The translations under genes and the position numbers were made by a program. The notes beneath the pieces were generated by a model. It did no database searches. It had not been told where the DNA came from and was given only the letters and a program-made list of their open reading frames with translations. Of a stretch of DNA of 64,000 nt, positions 24,616 to 36,447 are shown piece by piece (position 1 is the stretch's first letter; the number at the start of each line of letters is the position of its first letter). This stretch comes from Heteronotia binoei (Eukaryota): the NCBI RefSeq assembly GCF_032191835.1, contig NC_083230.1:95852001-95916000 (forward strand), in the 5' to 3' direction.

Positions 24616-24779
24616 GATATAGGAGATTGTAAGCCGCTCTGAGTCGCTGATTGAGAGAGAAGTGCGGGGTATAAATCTGCGGTCTTCTTCTTCTTCACCC
24701 TGGCGATTTTAAAAACAAGGTAGTAATAGCCTTCACTGCAGAATCTCATCACTCTCATCTAAGTCTTTTGGAATTAGGA

Positions 24780-25420
24780 CGATGCTTTCGTTTTTAAACG
24801 GCCGGAAACCCCCTATCCGTTGTTTTGACTGTACTAACACGGTCGCCCAGCTTTGGACAGGGTTGCTCCTTCGACAGAAGGGGTTCGCCGAAACACACAT
24901 TCCCCGGCAACTCACCGCGCCGCCGCTCGAGATTGCAGCATCCCCCGCCTCGGAGCCAAAGTCCCCTCACGCGGTCTCTTTAAGAGGAGGAGCCTCCACC
25001 TCCCACTGCATTGGCGGAAGTCGCTGGAACTGGAATGGTGCGAATCGTTTTGGTTCTCCCGCGGCGTTCTATGGCATCATTGCAGGAACCCCATCGAAGA
25101 CCACGTGGAGGGCTGAGATCTTGACGCGGAAGCTGCAGAGAGAGCCCAGATCCAGCGTTGCCTTTGAGAGCCGAGTTGTCATCGGTGCCAAGAGGAATGA
25201 ATGAATGAATCGATTTCCCCCCAAAAAGCAGCCTGGGCCGGAGATCAAAGCAGAAAAGGACGCGATTTTGCGATAATGAGCAGAGTTCAACGTGGGTCAG
25301 CAGCACCAACAACAAGGCGGAGAACTTGTGTCGGTTTGGAGAAGATGGATGAGCTTCGCGTCTCAAGCCGTCATTAATCCTGCTAGAAATCAGGCCTGCC
25401 CCATCCAGGGCGCCCTGATG
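24780..25420. promoter_or_regulatory. CpG island, ADCK2 promoter, probably bidirectional
   Basis: CpG-rich stretch immediately upstream of ADCK2 exon 1. - strand donor GCG|gtgagt at 24915. + strand acceptor-like sites at about 25604 and 25630 precede the ATG. Confidence 0.75.
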
Positions 25421-25682
25421 GGCAACGAACCGTGTAATACAGCCTATAAGAACTTGTTTTGGATTCTGTTATGTAAATACAGATTTTGGTAGTGACAGGT
25501 TCAGAGGGAGGGAGGCTGGGTGGGGCGGCTTTCTATTGCAACAGAGCTGCCTTCATTGCTGGGTATCACCTGTCGGTTCTTAACCTCTAAGCTCTTTCTT
25601 CCAGGGATCATTCTCAAATGTTTCCCACAGAGCTGAGAATTTAGTTGCAGCCTCACCTTCCCCCTGGATGTGTCCGATCCAG

Positions 25683-26648
25683 ATGACGCCCTGGCAATTC
25701 ACTGCCCGGATCTTCCTTCCTAACGTCAGAATACTGCGTTGGAGAAAGTTGTGTTTTCCAAGGAAAACGTGGGGGGCTCAGCCTGCCAGGTTCTTGTCTA
25801 ATCAGGCCCATGGCTGGGTTCGATCCAAAACCTTGGCAAAGATCACTTTAGGATCTTGCGGGGTGGGAGGGTTGTTTGGCAGTGTGAGCTGTGAAGGAAT
25901 TCCCCTGGAAGGAGCCTGTGTAGAAGTAGATGTACACATCAGTAATGGTGGGCCTTCAAGTAGTTTCTTCCAATGTATTGCAGCAGCTGTTTCTCTGACT
26001 CTCCGTTTCTGCTTTCTGTTGCTGAAATTTGGCCCGTTGTTTTGGCTTTACCCTGTCACCTACCTGTCTCCCACTTTTGCATCATTCTGGTTCCATCTTC
26101 TGCTAAAGGCCACTGAATCCTCTGGCCCTACTTACATTAAGCTGGGCCAGTGGGCAAGCACAAGGAGAGACCTTTTCTCGGAGGAGTTCTGCACCAAGTT
26201 CTCCAAACTCCACATCCAGGTGGCCCCTCATCCTTGGGCTTACACCCAGCATTCTTTGTGCAATGAATTTGGGGAAAACGGGGGTCAGATTTTCCATTTT
26301 GAAAGCCAGGAACCCATCGGCTCCGGCTGTGTCGCCCAGGTGTATAAAGCATACGTGGACATCTCTGCCCTTGGAGAGCCGCTGCGTAAAGATCTCTTGA
26401 AGAATTTGACAGTAGATTCTGCTTCGGAAGCCTGGCAGGTGTCTGGGGTCAGGGGACTCTTCAGATGGCTTTGGAAGAATAAGCAGGAGGAGTCTTCAAA
26501 AGCAGATGGTGCCCATTGTTTACTTCATGAAGATGGTCGACATGGAAGTGATAATCAGAGCAAACATCTTCCAGAACAAATGTCTGGATATCCTAGCATG
26601 CTGTCATCCTCTTCCAAAAGGAGTCAGCTTGTTCCAGTAGCCATTAAA
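25683..26648 (+). CDS. ADCK2: ADCK2 (aarF/UbiB-family atypical kinase 2) coding exon 1
   Basis: Begins MTPWQFTARIFL (ATG 25683; an in-frame upstream ATG is at 25668). Contains the UbiB KxGQ motif (SGPTYIKLGQWASTRRDLFS), GSGCVAQVYKA and VAIK, then donor AAA|GTAAGT at 26649. 322 codons, phase 0. Confidence 0.95.
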
Positions 26649-27387
26649 GTAAGTGATGTCTCCAATCGTGTGTGCAATCATATGCTTTTAAGAGGAACAG
26701 TGTGGTGAAGTGGTTAGAGGGTTAGTCTAGGTCAGAGACCATGCTTGGAATCTCCACTCTGCCATGGAAACTTATTGAGTGACCGTGGGCTAGTCATACA
26801 CATTCAGACGAACCTATCTCACAAGGTTGTTGTAAGGAATAAATGGAGGACAGGCAAGTGTTATAAATCACTTTGGGTCCCTGTTGGAGAGAAAAATAGG
26901 GTACAAAGAAAGTCAGTTTTTTTAAAAAAAAAACACCTTAAAAGCTTATAACTATGTTTTTTGTATTGACTTTTACCCTGTCCAATTTTCCAAGAAGCTT
27001 AGGATGATGGTGTACATGGTTCACCTCCCCTATTCTATCCTCACAACAGCCCTGTAAGGTAGGATATGCTGGGAGAGACTGGAGAGCTTTGTGGCAGCTT
27101 GGGGGGTTTGAATCTGGGACTTGCTTGTCCTCTTCTGACCGTCAAGCTATTATACAACACTGATTGATTTTGTGGATAATTTCCTTTACCAATGGTTCAG
27201 CTGAATGGAGTGCTAATTAACACATTTCTACAGATGCCTTGGCAACCAGTATCTTCAGGTAAGAAAATGAGAAGATGTTTCTCTCTTGCTTTTCTACTAT
27301 CTGCAGGGGCTGATGCTACCAGTGCGTATTAGTAAATCGTAATTCAAATTTAACTAAAGAAAACTTATTTACGTACAATAAAATTAA

Positions 27388-27681
27388 AGGAAAGGAAAGA
27401 TCCCCTGTGCAAGCACCAGTCGTTTCTGACTCTGGGTTGACGTTGCTTTCACAACGTTTTCACGGCAGACTTTTTATGGGGTGGTTTGCCATTGCCTTCC
27501 CCAGTCATCTACACTTTCCCCCCAGCAAGCTGGGTACTCATTTTACCGACCTCGGAAGGATGGAAGGCTGAGTCAACCTTGAGCCAGCTACCTGAAAACC
27601 CAGCTTCCGCCGGGGATCGAACTCAGGTCGTGAGCAAAGCTCAGTACTGCAGCTTTAACACTCTGCGCCACGGGGCTCTTC
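27388..27681 (-). mobile_element. Sauria SINE (tRNA head, Bov-B-like tail)
   Basis: On the - strand: agagccccgtggcgcagagtgttaaag A-box, gttcgatcc B-box, body gagtacccagcttgctgggg, tail ggggatctttcctttcc. Confidence 0.88.
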
Positions 27682-28876
27682 TATAAAATTAAAAGGCATA
27701 CTCAAAAGGAAGTGCACTGTGAAGAGCTAAACTACTCCAAGGCTCTTGAATGCTGTCTAAGAGCCAAAGAGCCCCTCTAAAGACCTTCAGGGCCTGGTTC
27801 AGGGGGGTTTCCACTGGCAAGGTGCTCCATAATATCCATTCGCTATATCAGTGACATCAGCTCAGCAACAAGTATTGTTTTAATGAAATGTATAGCCTGT
27901 TGGTTTCCCCAATTAACATATTAATTAAAACAAATAAAAATGACTGGGGCATAATCCACCAGAAAGCTCTGTGTAGGTCCGTCTTACTGAATGGAAGCTA
28001 TACCAGAACACTGCAGCAGTCTGTTTACTAGAAAAATAACATCTCCAGGTCTGTTTTTACCTGCATGTTTTGTTCTGGTTTGGGGAGCACCCATCTTCTG
28101 TTTGTCCTATTTTGATGTTTTGCCCCTTTTTGCTGTGTTCCTTCCCAAGTTTGCTTTGGAACAATCTTTTTGGAAAGACTGCTATCAAAGTGCCCTTGGA
28201 CACCATGCACCTGGGAAGGTGTGCATTTTTTGCAGGTCCTACCTGCATCAATACCATTTTCCTTAGCTCAGTCTCTGTGACCACTATTCCCTCCCCCCCC
28301 CAAACAAAAGAAGACTTTTTTTGGGGGGGGGGAGGTAATAGCTGGATCACTATAGTACTATAGTGTTAAAACACCCTGCTGCAACTGGTTTACAGCTTTC
28401 TTTTTTAAAGTAAGTCTCTAACCTTTTTCTCTGCAAAGTTAAAAGGGGGAAGGTACTAGCTGCACACTTCTGTTTATAACTCTACAACCAAAAGGGCTAG
28501 AGACTGAACTTCTGAAAAAAAAAATGAAATCTGGGAGCTCCTGTATTGTTGCAGCAGATCATTGTAATGCTGCATCTATCTAGCTGTTACTGATTTCGTT
28601 TTTTAAAAAACAGAAAAAATCCTCAGAGGAAAAAATGGTAGACATGGGAACTGAGACAAGGAAAATTGTGTGGATGCTCCGTTGTGACTGAAAATGTCTC
28701 TGCAGCAACAGCAGCAACAAAACCTACACAGCAATCACATACATGCAGAAAGCCCAAGTTTGTGAGTGGTTCATAGAATAATCATGAGCCTTACATAATG
28801 ACTGGCTTGTGGATGCTATATTGATATGTATTCTGTGCCCAGAGAATTGATCTGTCTTTATGTGTGTTGTGCCTAG

Positions 28877-29023
28877 GTACTGCATCCTGGATTAGTTCAC
28901 CAGGTTGAAATGGATCTGTTTCTGATGAAGATAGCTAGTCGATTCATTGAGCTTTTGCCTGGGCTCAAATGGCTCAGTCCAATCGAGATTGTGGAGGAGT
29001 TTGAGAAACTCATGACTCAGCAG
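28877..29023 (+). CDS. ADCK2: ADCK2 coding exon 2
   Basis: gcctag|GTACTG; VLHPGLVHQVEMDLFLMKIASRFIELLPGLKWLSPIEIVEEFEKLMTQQ; CAG|gttgga; 147 nt. Confidence 0.95.
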
Positions 29024-29802
29024 GTTGGAAGATATTCTGCATGGAGCAGGAGGCTGCTTTTCTTTTGGCCTTCTGCAATTTTTTGTTTGTTCACTCAGCC
29101 AAATTTCAGAAATGTGTGTTTGCTGAACTGCCTTTAGGGGCATAGATCATTCTATCCTATTGTGTGTATGTGAGAGTGTATATGTTTAATATGTTATGAA
29201 TAATACAATATTCTTCTCTGCTGTTTTTTGAGTTGGTGAGCCAAATTAAAATATTTAAAACCATAGCACCTAACAGTATAGACGAGCACCAGCATACAAA
29301 AGGATTAAACCACAACAAAATTTTAATACATTTCCAGTCAGCTGTGCAATAATTTAAAATGACATTAAAATGGTGCTCAAATATGTCTCACATAACACAG
29401 CAAAGATAAAATTGCTGAATCTTGATCTAAGTAAATTGATTAAGAAGTCTAGGGGGAAAAAACATAAGAGGACTGGGTAAAATGCGCATTTTAATTTGTT
29501 TATGGCAGGTTTAGTGTACAATATTAACCTTTGTATTTATGGCCAGTTAACAGTAGCCCCTCCCCCCCAGATACACATTTTTATCTCCAGGAAGTTTGCA
29601 AACTAATGGTATTAAGGGCTTTTTTTTAAAAAAGGCCAAAATAAATTGAAGAAGAAGACAACTGCAGATTTATACGCTGCCCTCCTCTCTGAATCAGAGA
29701 CTCAGAGCGGTTTACAATCTCCTATATGTTCTCCCCCCACAACAGACACCCTGTGAGGCTGAGAGGGCTCTCACAGCAGCTGACCTTTCAAGGACAACTC
29801 CT

Positions 29803-29914
29803 TGAACAATACCTGATCCCCTCGTCTGATGAAGTGTGCTTAGAGAGCACACGAAAGCTTACGTTCTAAATAAAACTTGGTTGGTCTTAAAGGTGAAACT
29901 TGACTCCTGCTTTG
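29803..29914 (+). mobile_element. 112-bp hammerhead-bearing PLE-terminus mini-element nested in a SINE
   Basis: CGU-CUGAUGA-AG-UGUGCU uagag AGCACA-C-GAAA-GC-UU-ACG, then an AATAAA-like signal and the PLE terminus. Flanked by the 16-bp direct repeat ttcaaggacaactcct (29787-29802, 29915-29930). Confidence 0.85.
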
Positions 29915-31849
29915 TTCAAGGACAACTCCTGCCATAGCTATAGCTAACCCAAGGCCATTTCAGCAGCTGTAAGTGGAGGAGTGGGGAATCAAACCCGTTT
30001 CTCCCAGATAAGAGTCTGCACACTTAACCACTACACCAAATTGCCCTACCTAACACTTAACCACTACACCTAACTTACAGAGAGAAATATTAACAAGTGA
30101 TTGAGGAGTGTATCTTAGTCTGTTCTCCCACCTCCCTTTAGAAACAAAGACAAGCCAATACAACTGAAAAATAAAAAAAATGTTCAAAATATGCAAATAG
30201 TTTTCCAGGACATAAATACTAACCCTCCTGTCATTTTTCATCCCATAAACTGAGGAACCCAATTCCCTCTTACCACTTCCCTTTACAACAGGCAGAACAT
30301 TAAGCAACATTTGAAAAACAAGATCACATTAACATCCTGCTTACCTAATCCCCAAATTCATTTCATTAATTCACTGCATTTTGATAGACTGCCTTCCAGT
30401 CAGTATACTCAAGGACAGAACTTAATGTGACACTTGGTACTGTGATTATTTTCTTGGAGGTTTTATTTTTTACTGGATGACAGCTACAAGGTTTGCTGTT
30501 TAAAGGGGAAGGCTGCCTGGTGCAACTCTCTCCCCCCCCCCCCTTGGTTTTCTTGCCAAATATCACTGTCCTCAAGTTACTATGACACACTTCTGGGTGA
30601 TGTCATCGTGTCAGCGATGTAGTGGGAGGTTCCGGACCGGGAGCTTGGCAGCTCTATATGCAAAGGAGTTTCTGCTGCAAAAAAAAGCTCTGGACAGGAT
30701 AAAAAAAGCATAGAGATGAAAAAGCAAATGCTGGGATGGAAGGAGAGTCAAATTAGGGTTACCAACAACCTGGAGAAAGAATGTCCTGTTCCTTTAACAG
30801 AGGCTTAATATACCGGGTGATGTTATTTACTTCTATGCCATAGGAAGCCCATTTCCACACATTAGGCCTCTGTTAAAGGGACAGGACATTTTTCTCCAAA
30901 CCTGTTGAAACTCCTGAGGCAAATGATTTCTGGTCCCAGCAGAGAAGGCCTTGCTCTCTGTTTCTGATGTTGATGTAGAATAGTTGCTGACAGGATCTAC
31001 TCTGGGAAGGGAGGAACCAAACAGGAGCCAGTTCCCAGGGTCTCTCCTCTTCCTCTGTACGAGGGCTTTCTACTTACAGCCACTCGCTAAGTGTTGGAGA
31101 GGGAAGAAGAAGATATTGGATTTATACCCCACCCTGAGACTCAGAGAGGCTTACAATCTCCTTTACCTTCCCCCACAACAGGCACCCTGTGAGGTAGGTG
31201 GGGCTGAGAGAACTCTCACAGAAGCTGCCCTTTCAAGGGCACCTCTGTGAGAGCTACGGGTGACCCAAGGCCATTCCAGCAACTGCAAGTGGAGGAGTGG
31301 GGAATCAAACTCAGCCCTGAGCCCCAGGAGTGGGGAATCAAACCCAGCCCTGAGCCACCTGGTGAGAAGGGCGGCATACAAATTACAAATAAACTAAACT
31401 AAACTAAAAACTTCTCCCAGATAAGAGTCTGAGCACTTAACCACTACACCAAACTGACTACAAAGTAAGCCGCCCTGATATTGTAAGCCGCCCTGAGCCC
31501 GCTTTGATGGGGTAGGGCGGGATGTAAATCAAATAAATAATAAAGCAACATGCGCTGTGTGAGTCATAGGTAAACTTGCCAGTGACCTGCAGAAAAATTG
31601 TCCTGCTCTTTTAATTTAATGTATGGAAGTCAACTGGTGAAGCTTTTTATGCATGCAAAATATGTGCTGTACCACAAAGACAGGTCCCCCTGCTGTGAAG
31701 CAGGTCACCCTGTACCTTCTTTTATTGATTGTTTGCACAGAAAATCAGTTCTGAATGATTACTGTACTACTACCATAGTGCAATACGCCAGCAATGGGGT
31801 AGATGTTGTATAAGTTCATCCTTTGTGCAGCCAGATCCAGGTGAGTACT

Positions 31850-31965
31850 TGTATTGGTCTGAAGCAACAAAATAAAGTTTGAGTCCAGTAGCACCTTTAT
31901 GACCAACAAAATTTTATTCAAGGTATGAGCTTCTTGTGCATGCACACTTCTTCAGATACAGTGAA
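31850..31965 (-). mobile_element. PLE-terminus mini-element with degenerate hammerhead
   Basis: On the - strand: GUAU-CUGAAGA-AG-UGUGCAUGCACA-aGAA-GCUC-AUAC, then ttgaataaaa...aaaggtgctactggactc...gcttcagaccaa. Confidence 0.75.
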
Positions 31966-32350
31966 TTGGAAGAAAACAATTCAGACCTACAGACAGAGGT
32001 TGAACATCAAATTAGCATATAACATAACGATATTTTGAGACGAAACAAAAATAACAAGTGTATGGGTCAACAGCTGCATGGGTTTAATTAAGGGGGAATA
32101 ACTGTTGAAGCAATAAATAGGTCAAAATAGGAGATAAATGTGTAAGAGAATCCTTTCTAATTGTTGGAAGTTAACTGAGACTCCTTTGTTCAGCCAGTAT
32201 GTAAATGTGTCTTTGAAGGGAATAAGAAACCCCAGATTGGCCTGCAAATGCTTTCCAGGGATGATTGTCACAAAAGGTAATTGTGCATTAGTCAGGTCTG
32301 GAGTATTGTTCAGACTACATTTCTACTTTTCTTCCTGGCTTGCTTTTTAG

Positions 32351-32479
32351 ATTGACTTGCGCTACGAAGCGAGGAACCTGGAGCGTTTCCACCATAATTT
32401 CCGAGATGAGGATTCTGTGAAATTCCCCATTCCACTTCTCCCTTTTGTCACAAGAAACATCCTAGTAGAGACATTTGAG
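32351..32479 (+). CDS. ADCK2: ADCK2 coding exon 3
   Basis: ttttag|ATT; IDLRYEARNLERFHHNFRDEDSVKFPIPLLPFVTRNILVETFE; GAG|gtgaga; 129 nt. Too short for the ORF track. Confidence 0.95.
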
Positions 32480-32914
32480 GTGAGAATGTTGCTGTAGAGC
32501 AGGCCAACTTCTGCAGTCTCTGGAATGCTTCTGTTCTCCAGGCAGTGGTCAGAATGATGGAAGCGTATTGTGCTGAATACGCCAACCTTTTCATGTTTCT
32601 TTAGATTCTTAAATCCCTAAGTCTTTCTTAAATCCTTCAGTGAACTTTAGGTGAGTGAACAAAAAGATTTCCCCAAAAGACTCACACAATCCCACCATCT
32701 CAAAGTGACTCTCACCAACCAAGAAGCACAGGCCTTTGCCCTCAAGTGTACAAACTAAACAGAGAGACCTTACAAGGGAAGGGGTATGGAGGCAGAAGAC
32801 AGAGGAAGGAGGTGATACAGCCCTTAGGCAGCTGGCAAAGACAGCCGGTAGAATGTCTTTCCTCTCACTTCTACTGTTTGGGGGAACTGGCTACACACCG
32901 GATTGTTCTTTCTT

Positions 32915-33112
32915 GCATGTGTAAATTGCCATCAAGTCACAGTGGAGTTATGGTGACCTTGGCAAGAGGCTTTCAAGGCAAGTGAGAAGCAGAGGCTGTT
33001 TGCCATTGCCTTCCTCCATAGTCTTCCTTGAAGGTCTCCCATCCAAGTACTAAGCAGGGCTAACCCTGCTTAGCTTCTGAGATCTGGTGAGGTTGAGCTA
33101 TACCAAGCCAGC
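32915..33112 (-). mobile_element. 5S-derived SINE copy
   Basis: tcccatccaagtactaagcagggctaaccctgcttagcttctgagatctg is the reverse 5S internal promoter region. Confidence 0.78.
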
Positions 33113-33192
33113 TTCCCTCCCTGTTCTTTCATGCAAGGAAGTAATACTGTGGTGGATGGCCAGGCAAGACTGGTTTTCATGAAAGCTTAGAT

Positions 33193-33555
33193 CAGAGGTG
33201 GCCAAACTTGCTTAATGTAAGAGCCACATAGAATAAACATCAGATGTTTGAGAGCTGCAAGACATGAACATCAGATGTAGGTAGGTAGGTAGGTAGGAAG
33301 GAAGGAAGGAAGGAAGGAAGGAAGGAAGGAAGGAAGGAAGGAAGATAGATGGGGGAGGGAGGGAGAGGTAGAAAGAAAGCAACTTTGACTTTAAATGCAT
33401 TCTGTAAACCACTGGCTGGCTTGGCTTGGACAAGTGATTTTAAGAGAAAAATGCCTTCTCCAAGCTGGACAACAGGGCGATGGGGTCTTTGAGAGCCACA
33501 CAATATGTGTGAAAGAGCTACTTGTGACTTCCAAGCTGCAGTTTGGCCACCCCTG
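33193..33555. mobile_element. hAT MITE with internal (TAGG)n(AAGG)n microsatellite expansion
   Basis: TSD gcttagat on both sides; microsatellite at about 33277-33345. Confidence 0.88.
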
Positions 33556-34160
33556 GCTTAGATCAAGCCATTGGATTGTATCAAGGAAGGGGACACAGCA
33601 GGGGGCTATCAAAAGTCAACTTGCTAACAGCAGAAACCTAAAAGAATACTCTAATGTATATACTTATTTATTTAAATTGAATTGGATTTTGCGAGTTCCC
33701 ATCTAGGCCTGGATTCTAGGGTGACCACTGACAAATATTTCATTTCATATCCAGGAGCTTGTATCTGTCCAAAATATTGTCTGATTGGGCATCTTTTTTT
33801 TTTACAGTTCTTGATCATAAAACCACAACTTCATTAAAGTCAGTGACAATGTTTTGTCTAGCAATGTGGAAGGTAACTGCTGCTGCCAGGCAAATGTGCT
33901 TGCTAGTAAATCTCTTGGAATCCAGTGTGAATGACTTCTGAGGAAACATGCATAAGACTGGGCTGTGACAGGCTTCTGAATGGCAGTTGTGGATAAGTGG
34001 AAATGTCTCATTCTGAACCCCGTGTAGGCTGTGCAGTCTCAATCGCAGGCATGTTGATTACAGCATCTTTGCTGCTTTCCAAAAGTCATGTGCTATGTTC
34101 CTGAAGTGTCAGGAAGGATTTCCACGGGGCTTCCCTGATTCTTCTTGGTCTCTTTTAAAG

Positions 34161-34256
34161 GCAGCTGCACCAGTGTCTCAGTATCTGCACACCGAGGTCA
34201 AAATGGCGCTGCGGCAGAAGTTAGCCAAGATGGGTATAGACATGCTGCTAAAGATG
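34161..34256 (+). CDS. ADCK2: ADCK2 coding exon 4
   Basis: ttttaaag|GCA; AAAPVSQYLHTEVKMALRQKLAKMGIDMLLKM; ATG|gtaaga; 96 nt. Confidence 0.92.
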
Positions 34257-34854
34257 GTAAGAGACCTTGACCTGTTTCTGCAGTCAACCCAGTTAGCTTA
34301 TCAGCCAGGAAGCTAGAAAGCTGCTTCAACTGAATCCAGTTTCTTCAGCCAGAAAACCCTAATTACATGACTGGAATGAATGACTCGGTGCTCTTGACAT
34401 GAGTATTGTATTTTGATTGTGGAATGTTGGCATTGCAGATCTTGAAGTTGTTGCCAAGTTAACAAGCTAATAGAATGCATATTGTCTGGAAAGGTCGAGT
34501 TACTAGTTTTTTGCAACAACAGTCTTGAATGGGGTCCAGCAAGATGCAAGAATTCCAGGCCCTGAGCCATGGAATGATCAGTCCAGATTTTCTCTGGTTT
34601 CTGATGGTGCAGATTATTTTAGATGCACAGATAATGGAAATATATGAATGTAATGTGCATGTTTTCAAATAAGCATTTAGAAATCTGAACTAAATGTACT
34701 GTGACTCAGAATTAGACAAGTTCATATGCTCAGTCTGAACTCTCTCATGCAGAAGGAAATGTTCTTGGGGCTGGCTCCTCCCCTTAGCAAACGACTCATT
34801 TGACTTCAGAAGCTGTGAGTGCATTTGCCAATGCTGTGATTCTCCATCCCTCAG

Positions 34855-35106
34855 GTGTTCGTGGATAACTTTGTCCATGCTGACCTGCACCCGGGGAATA
34901 TTCTGGTTCAGGGAGCACAGCACGCCAGTGATGCCCCTGAGGTCCGGACTAGCATGGTGGACCTGCTTGACACACTAATTTTGGAAGTGCAGCCTTCACC
35001 CTCCCCACTCCGACTAGTGCTCCTGGATGCAGGAATCATAGCAGAGTTGCAGGGGAGTGACCTTGAGAACTTCCGGGCCGTGTTTACAGCTGTGGTACTG
35101 GGACAG
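34855..35106 (+). CDS. ADCK2: ADCK2 coding exon 5 (catalytic loop)
   Basis: ctcag|GTG; VFVDNFVHADLHPGNILVQG...LRLVLLDAGIIAEL...AVVLGQ; CAG|gtgagg; 252 nt. Confidence 0.96.
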
Positions 35107-36447
35107 GTGAGGCCTTCTATGTTGTGGTACCCTAAAGAAAAAAGTCATGGTACTGTAATTATGTGCATAGATACTAGGTTATGGATCCACTGGCTTAGTC
35201 ACTGATGTGCCATGGGTTTGGGACTCTTGGCTCTCACTACTGAATTGGTTTGAACTGATCCTTTGGATTGCTTTTTGCCGCCTCCTTTTCAGATTTTCCT
35301 GGTTAGCCTGGAACTTCTGCTGCACTCTACCGCCGTTTTCTGCTTTTACTTTCCAGGCCTTAATATAAAGGCTGCCATTTTCAAATTCAGGACTAGGTGT
35401 CAGCTCCTCGAGGAGCTCTGGGAAAGAACCCACAGGAGCAGCTTCTTTAATCGAAGTGGTCAAGTGATGAGAAAATGTCAGTATCCCTGGTGCATCCTTG
35501 ATGTCCACGGTGACATTGGAAGCCACTGTGGGCTAGTGCAGAAGTGAAGTGCCCAGTTTCTTAAACAGGGTTAAGAGGGGAAGAGCAGGCCATGGGCTTG
35601 TATGGTCCAGTTTTTGTTTCCCTGTCCAGTATAGGGTTGCCAAGTCCAATTCAATAAACATCTGGGGACTTTGGGGGTGGAGCCAGGAGCAAGGTTATGA
35701 CACGCATAATTGAACTCCAAAGGGAGTTCTGGCCATCACATTTAAAGGGACTGCACACCTTTTAAATGTCTTCCCTCCATTGGAAATAATGAAGGATAGA
35801 GGCACCTTCTTTTGGAGCTCATAGAATTGGACCCCCTGGTCCAATCTTTTTTGAAACCTGGAGGGTGTTTTCAAGAGAGGCACTGGATGTTATGCTGCAA
35901 ATTTGGTGGCTCTACCTCAAAAAACACACACACACACCCCAGATACCTGTAGATCAATTCTCCATTATACCTTAAGGGAATCAGTCTCCATAGGGAATAA
36001 TGGCGTGCCCAGCAGACATTTCCCTCTCCCCCCGCACCGCTTTCTGATGACCCTGAAGCAGGGGGAGGGCCTCCAAACTGGAGGATCCCCTCCCCCTACC
36101 TGGGGATTAGCAAACCAAACGGGATGAACACAATAAAGTTAGGAAGCAGGGGAGACGTGTTCTACAAAAAAGTCAATTTCAGTGAAATTTACAAGAATAT
36201 GCTGCAGTTGCTCAGTACAAAGAATTTTTAAAAGACTCACTATTGAAGGAATATCTCATACTATTTTATAACATATAATGTACATATCCAAAATTATAAA
36301 TCAAAATTACAATAAAGCATTTGCCATTTTTCATCATGGAAGAGTCCATGTAAAGACTCCAAGGAGTGCAAAGTCTTAGTAGGTGCGCTTTGACCTCTCC
36401 TGATGGATGACGATGTTGTCTGTGATGTCAAAAACTACTTTGCAGCA

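Noticed and set aside
24782-25366. 128-140 aa ORFs at the ADCK2 promoter
   Set aside because: GC-rich promoter ORFs with no homology I recognise; a uORF role cannot be excluded but is unsupported.
26649-26708. ORF-track extension of ADCK2 exon 1 (VSDVSNR...)
   Set aside because: Read-through into intron 1 past a consensus GTAAGT donor.
33277-33345. (TAGG)n(AAGG)n tract as a functional repeat
   Set aside because: Ordinary slippage expansion of a purine tract present in shorter form in sibling MITEs.
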